From positions 1 to 53,720 of the IMG/VR virus record IMGVR_UViG_3300025809_000027: a stretch of 53,720 nt of DNA; one strand, given 5' to 3'. Of this stretch, positions 26,979 through 37,469 are shown in pieces; position 1 is the stretch's first letter; each line of letters opens with the position of its first letter. This DNA comes from a virus. Taxonomy: Duplodnaviria; Caudoviricetes. Below the pieces are notes generated by a model, which was not told the DNA's origin, ran no database searches, and worked only from the letters and a program-made list of their open reading frames with translations. The position numbers were made by a program, and so were the translations under genes.

Positions 26979-27244
26979 TGGAAAAATTTATATTTATATT
27001 CTTAGTGTTTTGGGGGCTTCTTGTGATAGCCAAAAAATACCAATTGCCTTACAAATTAGGAACACTAGCCAATAAATGGAACTCTAAAATCTTATACGAA
27101 ATATCCGAGTGTGAGTTCTGTTTTGAACACCACCTAGCAGCAGTCACCACAATAGTATCTTTCTTATTTTTTGCCCCAGAGTTGAAAGACCTTTGCACCC
27201 CTATTATGGTAGCTGCACTAAGTAATTTTATTAAAAGAGGTTAG
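26978..27244 (+). CDS. Small membrane protein with CxxC (DUF1360-like)
   Basis: TM-CEFC-TM arrangement. Confidence 0.5.
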   Translation: MEKFIFIFLVFWGLLVIAKKYQLPYKLGTLANKWNSKILYEISECEFCFEHHLAAVTTIVSFLFFAPELKDLCTPIMVAALSNFIKRG

Positions 27245-27576
27245 GGTTGTTTTTTTAAACATTTTACCACAGTGGCCGTTACTTTTTCTGACCCATCAAC
27301 ATCATACAGCTCAACGTCAATACACAGCTTAAGTGCTTCAGCTTTTTTTCTAAATTTTTTATCTAAAACCGAAAAATTTGCACTCTTTCTACTCATGTAG
27401 GTCGCTAAAAAATCAGCACAAGTAGCAAGTTTATTGCTTTCAGTAGCGTTTAACCAAGTATCAATATTAACAGAATGCAAGTTACCGCCATCCATCCATG
27501 CAGTTAGTTCTTTTTGCCTTGAATTGCCGTTACAAGAAACTAGCAAGGCAATCAATAATAATTTAATAATTTTCAT
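27241..27576 (-). CDS. Lipoprotein moron
   Basis: MKIIKLLLIALLVS-C lipobox; antisense to the structural operon. Confidence 0.75.
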   Translation of the reverse strand: MKIIKLLLIALLVSCNGNSRQKELTAWMDGGNLHSVNIDTWLNATESNKLATCADFLATYMSRKSANFSVLDKKFRKKAEALKLCIDVELYDVDGSEKVTATVVKCLKKQP

Positions 27577-27692
27577 GTGTATTTATTTAAGGGTTTTTTC
27601 TCAAAGTACCGACCACACCCCTCACAAAGCAAGGGTCTTTCGTCAGGTTCTAGCCCTAATTCTTCAGCACACGTTTTGCAAAATTCAGCCAT
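27573..27692 (-). CDS. 39 aa Zn-ribbon microprotein (not in the ORF track)
   Basis: MAEFCKTCAEELGLEPDERPLLCEGCGRYFEKKPLNKYT; two CxxC motifs; ATGA overlap with the lipoprotein start. Confidence 0.65.
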   Translation of the reverse strand: MAEFCKTCAEELGLEPDERPLLCEGCGRYFEKKPLNKYT

Positions 27693-27719
27693 TTAATTAA
27701 ATATAAGTTACTACTTATT

Positions 27720-28190
27720 CTAATCCTCAATTTTAAGAATTAAACCATATTTTTCTCTACCGTATCTCGCAAGTATGGTTGCTGTTGCGGTATCTAGAAT
27801 CAAAGCCCCAAAGGTGTTTTTTGCACGGTATGAAAATTCAACCTCATACTTTTCAAGTGAATTTTCTAAAATACCGCTCTTCATATCTTCTATTTGAACT
27901 TCAAGCTCCTTAATTTGGACTGTATATTCTTTAATTCCAGTTTTAATATGTGGGTAATTTTTTATACTTGTAAAGCCTTTGTATATTTCTAACTGATCTC
28001 TGTTATACTTAATATCCTCTTTAAGTTCATCAATTGAATATATCTCCTTGATTTCTATAATCTCAACAAAACTAAAACTATTAGGGTCGTGGATTTTATT
28101 TGAGTAGTGTTTTTCTATTTTTGACTCTAAACTATCTTGACAAGAGAAGAAAAGGATGGTAATAACTGGAAGCACAAGTAATTTCTTCAT
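27720..28190 (-). CDS. Lipoprotein moron (start ATG 28190)
   Basis: MKKLLVLPVITILFFS-C lipobox; YRAKNTFGALI motif. Confidence 0.75.
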   Translation of the reverse strand: MKKLLVLPVITILFFSCQDSLESKIEKHYSNKIHDPNSFSFVEIIEIKEIYSIDELKEDIKYNRDQLEIYKGFTSIKNYPHIKTGIKEYTVQIKELEVQIEDMKSGILENSLEKYEVEFSYRAKNTFGALILDTATATILARYGREKYGLILKIED

Positions 28191-28241
28191 AAGTAGGGTT
28201 TTAGGGCGTAAATATATAAAAAATACTTTAAACACTCCCAA

Positions 28242-28274
28242 CGTGCTTTTCCCGTGCTTTTCCCGTGCTACTTA
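28242..28274 (+). promoter_or_regulatory. 11-bp-period CGTGCT repeats (putative late activator site 2)
   Basis: CGTGCTTTTCC x2 plus CGTGCTACTTA. Confidence 0.7.
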
Positions 28275-28310
28275 AAAACATAAAAAAAGGATTCCCCTTA
28301 AATTTCAGCC

Positions 28311-28718
28311 ATGAAAACAAAAGTAGGAAGCCACTCCGTTGAATTTTACGACAGCCCAGAAACACTACCGATTATCAGGTATCAAAAATTCAATAAATTT
28401 TTAATGATCGACAACGAGGTTGGAAGCTCTATTTCAGACTATGACAAGCGAATGCAAAAAGCCATCAAATTCCTAAACAGCGATCTAAAACCAGAGGCTC
28501 TTAAAGAATTGGAAAACAACAGGCAAAACGTGTTTAATTGCCTTAGCGAATACACCCCTAGAAACAAAGCCTTAGTTGTTTTGGTAAAAAGTATTGACGG
28601 CAAAAAATACCACGGCATAGATTCTGAAACCTTAAAGGAGGTTGAACTCGACTTGGATAGGATTGGTTTCACAAAGAAGATGATGGACGAGGTAATTGAT
28701 GAAGTAAAAAAAAAATAG
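28311..28718 (+). CDS. Tail assembly chaperone (gpG-like)
   Basis: Ends GTA AAA AAA AAA TAG (slippery A-run); upstream of the tape measure gene. Confidence 0.75.
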   Translation: MKTKVGSHSVEFYDSPETLPIIRYQKFNKFLMIDNEVGSSISDYDKRMQKAIKFLNSDLKPEALKELENNRQNVFNCLSEYTPRNKALVVLVKSIDGKKYHGIDSETLKEVELDLDRIGFTKKMMDEVIDEVKKK

Positions 28719-29083
28719 AATTAGTACTTGAAAAATACTTTCCACATCATTTTAAAAACAATGATTTACAGGAAAACGCTCTCTTAATCAACCAAATGAA
28801 GTCGATGGTAGATTATGTAAAAAGTGACAATGAGGATAGTTTAAACAAATTCAACTCCTTAGAAAAGGAGCTGCTAACAGAGCAAAGCCCAAACGTTTGG
28901 AACATTAATCTGGACGGGAACATGGAGATTAAGATGGAGGTGGATTTTGAGAAGTTTATTTTCTCAATTTTAGAGCACACCAGTATAAAAGTAAGAGAAT
29001 TAACAACCTTTAAATTTTATGCGTTGTTGGATTATTTAAAGGACAAAAAAAACAAAGATGGCAGAGGCAATAATCCCGTATAG
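28712..29083 (+). CDS. -1 frameshift extension of the tail chaperone (gpT-like)
   Basis: The -1 frame is open from the A-run through ORF 28796-29083. Confidence 0.7.
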   Translation, partial: KIELVLEKYFPHHFKNNDLQENALLINQMKSMVDYVKSDNEDSLNKFNSLEKELLTEQSPNVWNINLDGNMEIKMEVDFEKFIFSILEHTSIKVRELTTFKFYALLDYLKDKKNKDGRGNNPV

Positions 29084-32000
29084 TAGAATCATTGGTGACG
29101 ATGGAGCGATAAAAAAAGCCATTACCGATATACAGCAACTTGAAAAGGTGGTGGAAGCCACCGCAGCTAAATTGGAGGGCAAACTCCGTGTCGTGCAAGT
29201 AAACGATACCAAAGGAGTTCGTGCCCTGTATGCAGAAACTTTACAGTTAAAAGCAGGTAAAGAAGCGTTGACAAAGTCTAAGAAAGCACTGAACAACGCT
29301 ACTAAAAAATCAACCGAACTAACCAATAAAGAGCGTCAAGCAATTGCAAATCAACGGGAAGCAACAAGGAAAGCAAATGTAGAAGCCAGAGCCGTTGCAA
29401 AAATCAAAAACACACAAGCAGGCTCAATTGAAAATCTAAGAGCAAAATTAGCACTTGTAACAATTGGATGGGCTAAACTTACCAGAGCCGAAACCGAAAA
29501 CACCAAAAGAGGCAAGAGGTTAACAGCATCTAAAAAAAATCTCAATGCAGAACTTTTAAAACTCGAACAACGGACGGGAGACAACCGCCGTCAAGTTGGA
29601 GCATACCACAAGGGATTAGGAAAACTAAGAGGGTCACTTATTAGCGTTGCACAAGCGGCAGGGGTTACTTTAGGGCTTTTTGGGGCGTTTAGACTTCTTA
29701 AAAACACTGTTAGTATTGTTAGAGACTTTGAAAAGCAAAACGCCACATTAGCAGGGGTTCTACAAAAAACAAAAGGAGAAATAAGCGAACTAACAGAGGA
29801 TGCGAAAAGATTAGGCTCAATTACCGTAAAAACAGCAGGTGAAGTTGCAAAATTACAAACGGAATACGCCCGTTTAGGATTTACTCAAAGTGAAATACTA
29901 GCACTTACAGAACCAACAATCGAAGGTTCTATTGCGATGAATGCAGAGTTAAGCGAAACCGCTTTATTAGTCGGTGCCGTTGTAAATTCTTATGACGATT
30001 TAAGCGCAACAAACGCCCCAGAGATTATTGACACCCTAGCACTAGCAACAGCAAGCAGCGCTTTGAATTTTCAAAAGTTAAGTGTAGGACTTCCAATTGT
30101 TTTGGGTGCTGCAAACGCCTTGAATGTACCGCTTACAACCGTAACCGCTACATTAGGGAAATTGGCAGATGCAGGGATTGACACAAGTTCGGGAGCAACT
30201 TCATTAAGAAACATATTTATTGAATCCTCTAAACGTGGAATCGATTACAAAGATGCATTGGAACAAGTCCGTAAAAGTACGGACAAACTAAAAACAGCAA
30301 ACACCTTATTTGGAAAACGTGCTGCAATATCAGCACTTGTAATAGCTAACAACACCGAGGCGGTTGATGAGTTAGATATTGCTTTGCAAAATGCAGCAGG
30401 TACAGCCAAGTCTATGGCAGACAAAGAACTTAACACCTTAGACGGCTCAATTAAGTTATTAACAAGCGCATGGGAAGGCTTTGTATTAAAAATGAACGAT
30501 GCCACCGATGGGGGTAATACGTTAAGTCGTAGTATTCGATTTTTAGCGGAAAATTTAGAAACTATTTTCAAAGTTATAGGAATTGCAACCACCACCTACA
30601 TTTCTTATGCACTTGCGATAAAAGTGGCAAACTTAGCCACCAAAGCGAGTATTGTTTGGAACAACGGAGCAACTTTAGCAACCAACTTAAAAACCGCAGC
30701 CACAACCGCAGCCACCGCAGCGCAAAAAGCGTTTAACACAGCCGTAAAAGCGAACCCGATAGGTTTATTAGTTGCATTACTGGCAGCAGCCGTAACCGCC
30801 TACTTTGCATTTAGGGACAGTGCCACCGCAGCACAGAAAGCACAAAAAGCATTTAATGATTCTAAGAAAGAAAGTTTTGATATTGAAACGGCTAACATTC
30901 AAGAAGAAAAAAAGACACAAAACGAGCGTGTAAGCAATCTAGAACAAGAGATTAGGTTAAGAAAAGCAAAAGGGGAAGATGCAGCAAAATTAGATAAAGA
31001 ATTCATAGAGCGTAAAAAGGATATTCTACTAGAAGAAATTGCGAACAATCAAAAAATAATTGATTCCCAAAACAATGTCTTGGCTAATAATAAGAAATTT
31101 GTCAACGAAAGATTAGCAGATAGTAAAAAACTTCAAGACGATTTAAACCAACTAGCGATTAACGCAGGCTCTAGAGGGCAAGCCAAGGCGTTTGGGCGAG
31201 CTATCACAGACCCAGTAAGGAGTAAGGTAGCAGAAAATAACAACCTTATCAGGGAAACCGAAAGAGGGAATGGGGCTATATTAGGAATTATAGAAGCAAG
31301 AAACAAAGAAATTTCTCAACTTAATGACCAACTCAATACAATAGACAAAAACCTAAATGTTCAAACAGAAAAAAACAATGCAGAGTTAAAAAAACTATAC
31401 CAAAAACGCTTAAAGGAACTTGCATTACTAAGAAGACGTTTAGAAGACTTACAAGACGGCTCAATTAAAAATGACGAAGCCAGAGAAATACAGCAAACCA
31501 AACGAAAATTTGACCGTGAGATAGCAGTCATCAAAGGAAATTCACAAGTTGAGAAGGATTTACGGGAAGCACTAGAAACAGAGAAACAAAGTAGAATCCA
31601 AGAAGTTAGAGATAAGTTCTACCAAGAACGATTGGACGCACTGGACAGAATTCAAGTCTTAGAGCGTAGTTTAATCGAGGACGACACCGTTCGTCAAATT
31701 CAATTAGAGAAAGCGAAGTCTAAAAAAGTATTGGATGAAATACTGAAAAACGAACAAATTAGTTTAGCTAAAAAATTAGAACTACAAACCGCAGAAGGAA
31801 AGCGTTCGAACGCCGTAATTGACGGTATTAATTTAAAAGCAAATCTAAAGACGCTTGAAGACGACAGGGCAATTGATGAAGCTAAAATAGAACAACAGCG
31901 TGGGCAGTTTAAAACTCAAAAAGCGTATGAAGAATTTAAGAATAAGGAATTTATAAGAATACAAAGGGAGTACTTAACAAAACGCCTAGAATACTTATCA

Positions 32001-32897
32001 GCATTTGGTACGGAATTCCAAGTTGAGATTGAGCAAATCAAAGCGCAATTAGCAAACTTAGGTATTGAGCCACCACCAACCGACCCGTGGGTTGAATTTG
32101 GGAATGAATTAAAACAAATACTTTCACAAGTAGGTGTTGAGATAGCCAAAAATATGCAAGCATCTGTAAACGCCTCCAAAAAGGCTTTAAGCGAACAACA
32201 AAAAGCAGTTGACAACCAACAGGCAAGGGCGCAAAATGGACTAACCAATACACTAGCCTTTGAGCAAAAGGAACTAGCCAAGCGAGAAGCACGAGCAATC
32301 CAACAGCAAAAGAGACTGGATCGAATCCAGAAACTACAATCCTATTGGAATACCTACAATGCTAATTTAAGCTCTTTAAAAGAGGGTGAGGATTCCAATA
32401 CTGCAATCGTTAAAACATTAAAAAGTATAGCCGTTATAGAGGGTATTACAGCAAGTTTACAAAGTTTTGGAGAAGGTGGAATTATAGAGGACAAACTTCC
32501 AAGAAGCGGTATATTTAGAGGACAATCTCACCAAGGAAGTAAGGGTGGTATTCCTATTATGGTTGAAGGCAAAGAGGGTATTTTTTCAACAAAAGAAATG
32601 GCAAACATGGGGCGTGACAATTTCTATGCGCTCAAAGATTTAGCAGGCAAAGGACAATTAGATAGTAATTTCTTTTCAAAACAGCGTTCAAGCTTTTCCA
32701 CTGCCGTACCGATGGTGCAAAGTAACAAGAATTTGGAGCGTAAAATGGACGAGGTAAGAGCAGCGATACTCAGCAAGCCGATCAGCTCATTTGACTTTGT
32801 GTCACTAAACAACGGAGTTACAAAAATGATTGAAACAGTCAAGACCAAAAATAAAACAGTTCGTAACCATTATAAAATCAATAAGTCAAGGTTATGA
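29058..32897 (+). CDS. Tail tape measure protein
   Basis: 1279 aa, Ala-rich helical, TP901-type core (LADAGID...GATSLR), ANPIG motif. Confidence 0.92.
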   Translation: MAEAIIPYSRIIGDDGAIKKAITDIQQLEKVVEATAAKLEGKLRVVQVNDTKGVRALYAETLQLKAGKEALTKSKKALNNATKKSTELTNKERQAIANQREATRKANVEARAVAKIKNTQAGSIENLRAKLALVTIGWAKLTRAETENTKRGKRLTASKKNLNAELLKLEQRTGDNRRQVGAYHKGLGKLRGSLISVAQAAGVTLGLFGAFRLLKNTVSIVRDFEKQNATLAGVLQKTKGEISELTEDAKRLGSITVKTAGEVAKLQTEYARLGFTQSEILALTEPTIEGSIAMNAELSETALLVGAVVNSYDDLSATNAPEIIDTLALATASSALNFQKLSVGLPIVLGAANALNVPLTTVTATLGKLADAGIDTSSGATSLRNIFIESSKRGIDYKDALEQVRKSTDKLKTANTLFGKRAAISALVIANNTEAVDELDIALQNAAGTAKSMADKELNTLDGSIKLLTSAWEGFVLKMNDATDGGNTLSRSIRFLAENLETIFKVIGIATTTYISYALAIKVANLATKASIVWNNGATLATNLKTAATTAATAAQKAFNTAVKANPIGLLVALLAAAVTAYFAFRDSATAAQKAQKAFNDSKKESFDIETANIQEEKKTQNERVSNLEQEIRLRKAKGEDAAKLDKEFIERKKDILLEEIANNQKIIDSQNNVLANNKKFVNERLADSKKLQDDLNQLAINAGSRGQAKAFGRAITDPVRSKVAENNNLIRETERGNGAILGIIEARNKEISQLNDQLNTIDKNLNVQTEKNNAELKKLYQKRLKELALLRRRLEDLQDGSIKNDEAREIQQTKRKFDREIAVIKGNSQVEKDLREALETEKQSRIQEVRDKFYQERLDALDRIQVLERSLIEDDTVRQIQLEKAKSKKVLDEILKNEQISLAKKLELQTAEGKRSNAVIDGINLKANLKTLEDDRAIDEAKIEQQRGQFKTQKAYEEFKNKEFIRIQREYLTKRLEYLSAFGTEFQVEIEQIKAQLANLGIEPPPTDPWVEFGNELKQILSQVGVEIAKNMQASVNASKKALSEQQKAVDNQQARAQNGLTNTLAFEQKELAKREARAIQQQKRLDRIQKLQSYWNTYNANLSSLKEGEDSNTAIVKTLKSIAVIEGITASLQSFGEGGIIEDKLPRSGIFRGQSHQGSKGGIPIMVEGKEGIFSTKEMANMGRDNFYALKDLAGKGQLDSNFFSKQRSSFSTAVPMVQSNKNLERKMDEVRAAILSKPISSFDFVSLNNGVTKMIETVKTKNKTVRNHYKINKSRL

Positions 32898-34654
32898 ATG
32901 AAATTAGACACTACATAAACGGACAAGACTTTGGAGAGCCTCGCAATTGGCAAGACCTTGAAATAACCGTGGATTGGCTCAATAAAAAAGACGATGCCAA
33001 TATAAATATCACCGATTTAGAATTTGTGCTAGAAGCCAAAGACTATTTAATGAAGCGTATGTTAAACGGCACAACGGGAGGTGTTGGAATATTTGAAGGT
33101 GAACCCTACACCATAAAAGTAAGAGACGAAAACACTCAGGAATTTGTGTTTGACGGCTATTTAGATTTTGCAGACGACAGCACTTTTTTAGGCAGCGAAG
33201 AGGTGATTTGTTCACTTAAAAAACAACAAGGAAGCGATTGGTTAAACGATGTGGCGGATGGATTTAGCTTTGCATATCTAAAAGATAAAGGAGTCATTAC
33301 AAACGGTGATTACGTCAAAGTACCTTACGTGATTAATTACGTTCCTGACGGGCTTCAGTTAATCGTATTGTCCATGTCTATTTTTATGATGACTAAGGAA
33401 TTATATGAGAACGTACAAAGTTTAGCAGATACGGTGGCAGATACAACAGATGCTTCAACACCCGTTATTGGAGCGTCCGTCGGAGTAGGTGCAGGTGTCG
33501 TCACAGCATGGGATTTAGGGAATTTTATTTTAGTTGTTCTAAAAACAATCGCACGAATAGCCTATATAATTGTTATCACAATTGCAATTAAAAAGCTAAT
33601 TGATGAAATTTTTGAGCAACTACTACCAAAGAAAAGAGACCATTACGGCATTCGAGTAAAAACACTTTTTGAGCGTGGGTGTCAATACCTTAATTTGCAA
33701 TTAGAAAGCAATTTATTAACCGAATTAAAGGACTGGGTTTACATACCCTCCAAAGACAGCAAAGGCAACAAGGGAGATACGGGACACCCTAACAACTCCG
33801 ATCCAGTCTATACATTTGGAGACTGTATTCGGGTTTTTATGGAACAACTAAATGCAGACTACCGAATCAAAAAAGGAGTCTTTCACTTTGAGCGCAAAGA
33901 TTCTTTTGAAACCGTTTCTAATTACCAGATACCTAACTTTTTTAGCGACCAAGAACGGTTGCTAGACCGACCTAAATTTAATACCAGTGAAATAATTTCA
34001 AACTATAATATTTTTTGGGCGTATGACACCCAAGACCAGAACACATTAGACGACCAAACAGGACGGGTATTTCAAGCCATTACATCACCTATAACAGTTC
34101 AGAATCAAAAGCTAGTCAATATTAAGAACCTAGCGCAAATTAATATTCCATTCTCAATAGGAAAGACCAAAACAAGCCTTACCGACATTGAGAAAGTCGC
34201 AAAGGGATTAGGGCAAGTCGTGGACAATATTACGGGTATTTTTGGGGGCGGTACTAATTTCGCTTCGCAAATCAAAAATAGATTAGGATCACTTTTGTTG
34301 AGCTCTCATTTTTTGACCGCTCCTAAAATAGTGGTAATGACAGGTAATAAACTAGCAAAAGACCAACGAGGATTATTGTCAGCCCGTTCCTTGTGGGATC
34401 GTTACCACTACATCAACAGTTTTGCAGAAGTCAACGGACACCACAATCAATATTACAGGTATGAAGGTCAGCGCATTCCAATGAAATTAAAAGACTTTGA
34501 TTCGTTGCTTGAAAACAACAACGGAACAGACAGTGAAGGAAAACCGTTTGTAGTTGAGAAATTTGTTTGGAAACCAGAAGACGGCACCGCTATAATGGAT
34601 TATAGAGTCAAAAAAAAATACACCAACAATTTAAAAATTGAATACGTAGAATAA
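32894..34654 (+). CDS. Minor tail / baseplate hub protein
   Basis: Directly after the tape measure gene; internal hydrophobic segment. Confidence 0.6.
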   Translation: MNEIRHYINGQDFGEPRNWQDLEITVDWLNKKDDANINITDLEFVLEAKDYLMKRMLNGTTGGVGIFEGEPYTIKVRDENTQEFVFDGYLDFADDSTFLGSEEVICSLKKQQGSDWLNDVADGFSFAYLKDKGVITNGDYVKVPYVINYVPDGLQLIVLSMSIFMMTKELYENVQSLADTVADTTDASTPVIGASVGVGAGVVTAWDLGNFILVVLKTIARIAYIIVITIAIKKLIDEIFEQLLPKKRDHYGIRVKTLFERGCQYLNLQLESNLLTELKDWVYIPSKDSKGNKGDTGHPNNSDPVYTFGDCIRVFMEQLNADYRIKKGVFHFERKDSFETVSNYQIPNFFSDQERLLDRPKFNTSEIISNYNIFWAYDTQDQNTLDDQTGRVFQAITSPITVQNQKLVNIKNLAQINIPFSIGKTKTSLTDIEKVAKGLGQVVDNITGIFGGGTNFASQIKNRLGSLLLSSHFLTAPKIVVMTGNKLAKDQRGLLSARSLWDRYHYINSFAEVNGHHNQYYRYEGQRIPMKLKDFDSLLENNNGTDSEGKPFVVEKFVWKPEDGTAIMDYRVKKKYTNNLKIEYVE

Positions 34655-34911
34655 TGGATTTAAAGGGGTTGAGTACAGAAGAATTAATTGCGTTATCAAA
34701 ACAAATAACCGCACAATCTAATATACAGATAGGTATCATGAACAACACCCTTGACGACTTGATTAAGGAGCTGCCTAACAATGATGCTAGAGAAGTGGAA
34801 AGATTAAAAGGGTTGACACAAAAGGCTATTGCACTTGCAAAACAAGGAAAAGGAACGGAAGCACAGGATTTAATAAGAAACTATAACAATGGGAGTAAAA
34901 GTAACAAATAG
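34654..34911 (+). CDS. Small tail-module protein
   Basis: Coupled ORF. Confidence 0.6.
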   Translation: MDLKGLSTEELIALSKQITAQSNIQIGIMNNTLDDLIKELPNNDAREVERLKGLTQKAIALAKQGKGTEAQDLIRNYNNGSKSNK

Positions 34912-37456
34912 AGAGTACCGCAACCAGTTTTACCCAGTCGCACAAGAAACGGATTGGCTCATTGGCAATGTAGGAGATTGGCAACAACTCAGAGTGGAGT
35001 TTGATGTAACCATAGACTTTTTAGCGTCCTCTAGTGAAACAGTGACCCTTGACGATATAAACAAAACAATCAAGCTGAATAATGGCAAGTCGTGGCAATC
35101 TTACGGGTTTGACATTGGCGATTCACTAAAATTCGATTGGTCATTCGCAGATGATTACAACAATAACGGCACCTTTAGGCTGGTTGATGAAACCAGAACA
35201 TATACGATTGTAAATGTGTTTGGAGACACCATTCAGCTTGCCGCTTCTGATGACTTAGATATTAGTATCGAGCCTCTAAAACCACCATTCCAGATAATAC
35301 CAACCGATAGAGGGAACGTTAAAATTTATAATGTTCGATTCTCAACAGTCAAAGAGCCCGAAGGCTTAAAGTTTCGATATTCCCACATCACCAACGAAGC
35401 GTTTTCCTCAGACAACCTAAACTCATTTATTGACGGAAGTGTCACGGAATTTTCATTTGCAGGACTCAACAATCTTACCACAGGTATTCCAGCCACAATG
35501 AACCCTGATGGGATTCAATCGGGCATGGCTATTGATAATTGTCAAGTTATCAAAAATGCCCCTGTGAATGGAGTTTATAAATACACGGTTACTTGCGACT
35601 TTATGATTGCTAGTTTCTTTGAAGACCCTTCTAATTTAGAGGATAGAGTCGCACCAAGCACCGTCTTTAATGCAGGCTCGTTGACAGATAACTTTGAGTT
35701 GATTTTATACCCCGAATGGAACAATCCAAACACGGTTATAAAAAATAACCTAGACCACACGGAACGTCTCGGGAACACAGGTTGGTTTGATGAAAACTTC
35801 AACGGGCTAGATAACAACTTTACATTAGATAAAGTCTCTTACACGGACGCTGATGGAAATACTTTACAGCAGTTGGACTATGCAAACCCCGTAAACATTG
35901 AGATTGATATTTCTGGAATTAAAAACCTATCGTCAAACTCAGAATTTAATATTGGTTTTGCATGGATTCCACAAGATGAAGCGGATTATCAAAACAAAGA
36001 AACGCCATTTCATCAAAACCTTTTTATGAATACAGGAAAGGTGTCTTCTCAAGGATTAAACGTAAATGGCTCGTTTAATTCCAACGAAAACACAGGTACA
36101 ACCGTATTCCCTGGTTATAGCAGCGGAGATCCAAAAATGGATTTAAAAGCCACAGACGACATAATGTTTAAGCCAACAGGAACGGATAAAACAACAGTCA
36201 AAGCGACCTTTATTCCAAACGCTTTTTTTACAGAGTTTTTTGAGAACAAAAGCGAAAACGATCGAAACTACATTATATGGGTGTCTGTGGCAGATCATAA
36301 CCTTGCAATTAACTTTTCCGACAGGGTGTCCGTGCTAGTGGATTACTCCAATATGTTGAAGGTAATTCCGCCCGCAGGAGAATACCAAGGAATGACAAAT
36401 CAATTTATTGAACACCCACAAAACGAAAGCGTTGTTGGGGTTGATAAGTATTTTGGCTTTGTTGAAGACGATATTCTGTCAAGAATTTCTTTTAAATTAA
36501 GTAAAGATGTAGGAATTAGTTTGCGTGGAATGATTTTTGGATATGAAGTTGTAAATGAAGTTACGGGTGCTGCGTTTGCACTAGAAGAATACCCCGTTAA
36601 TTTATCTATTTTCCCAAAGGACACAAACGGTGTTCAGCAAATTAATTTTGATGACACTAGAGGTTTTAAACTAGAAATAGGAAACAATAAAAACTGGGTT
36701 AAAATACAAAGAGACGAAAATAACGATATTGATTCAGAGGCAGCCTACAAGGTTTATTTTGGAACTAAAATACGTTGGGAAAATTGGCTACAAAGAGACA
36801 ACGTGCCAATTGAGTTTTACAACAATACACTCGAAAATGATGGTTATAATAATGATTGGCTTGACTACTTAAGAGCGACTGGAGATTACAAAATAAATTT
36901 CTTTGTACTGACGGATGCAATAGAAGATGACGAGTTTAAAGTTTACAAAAATACTTTTGAAATTACTTTTAATGATTATGACGAAAATCTAAACATTACA
37001 ACGGATCACAAGTATTACAGGGATGCAACCAACACACTTCTGAACGTAGGCACCGACCCAGTGACAGGCAAGCCGTTGGGGGTTCTGTTAAACAATGAGT
37101 TCACTAGGATAGAAATAACCTATACGCATTTGACAGAGAATTTTGATTTCCCTAAAATGTACGCCGTCACCTCTTTGGAGATTGACAAAGGAGCAGGGGA
37201 ATTTGAATACCGACAACTATCAAGCGTTTGGGGGCGTGAATCAGGCAATCCGTTAACACCTGTTAGCGGTGAAACGAAATTAAAATTTGAGTTGCTGACA
37301 GCAAACAGCGTAAAAGCAACTTGTTTGGTGGATTCAAGTTTACTGGAAAATGCAGCACTCTACAAAATAACAGGTAGAATCGGGTGTTGGGCTGAAGGCA
37401 GTAATACTATTGTAAACGGAAAATACGAAGACAAATACGAAGACAAATACGAATAA
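34889..37456 (+). CDS. Large tail/baseplate structural protein
   Basis: 855 aa, beta-rich; C-terminal KYED repeat. Confidence 0.6.
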   Translation: MGVKVTNREYRNQFYPVAQETDWLIGNVGDWQQLRVEFDVTIDFLASSSETVTLDDINKTIKLNNGKSWQSYGFDIGDSLKFDWSFADDYNNNGTFRLVDETRTYTIVNVFGDTIQLAASDDLDISIEPLKPPFQIIPTDRGNVKIYNVRFSTVKEPEGLKFRYSHITNEAFSSDNLNSFIDGSVTEFSFAGLNNLTTGIPATMNPDGIQSGMAIDNCQVIKNAPVNGVYKYTVTCDFMIASFFEDPSNLEDRVAPSTVFNAGSLTDNFELILYPEWNNPNTVIKNNLDHTERLGNTGWFDENFNGLDNNFTLDKVSYTDADGNTLQQLDYANPVNIEIDISGIKNLSSNSEFNIGFAWIPQDEADYQNKETPFHQNLFMNTGKVSSQGLNVNGSFNSNENTGTTVFPGYSSGDPKMDLKATDDIMFKPTGTDKTTVKATFIPNAFFTEFFENKSENDRNYIIWVSVADHNLAINFSDRVSVLVDYSNMLKVIPPAGEYQGMTNQFIEHPQNESVVGVDKYFGFVEDDILSRISFKLSKDVGISLRGMIFGYEVVNEVTGAAFALEEYPVNLSIFPKDTNGVQQINFDDTRGFKLEIGNNKNWVKIQRDENNDIDSEAAYKVYFGTKIRWENWLQRDNVPIEFYNNTLENDGYNNDWLDYLRATGDYKINFFVLTDAIEDDEFKVYKNTFEITFNDYDENLNITTDHKYYRDATNTLLNVGTDPVTGKPLGVLLNNEFTRIEITYTHLTENFDFPKMYAVTSLEIDKGAGEFEYRQLSSVWGRESGNPLTPVSGETKLKFELLTANSVKATCLVDSSLLENAALYKITGRIGCWAEGSNTIVNGKYEDKYEDKYE

Positions 37457-37469
37457 TAAATTTTGAAAC

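Noticed and set aside
27434-27700. Plus-strand ORF in the moron block
   Set aside because: It is antisense to the lipoprotein and the coupled Zn-ribbon ORF, which are better supported.
37421-37453. AAATACGAAGAC tandem repeat
   Set aside because: It is an in-frame KYED peptide repeat at a protein C-terminus, with no sign of a DNA-level role.
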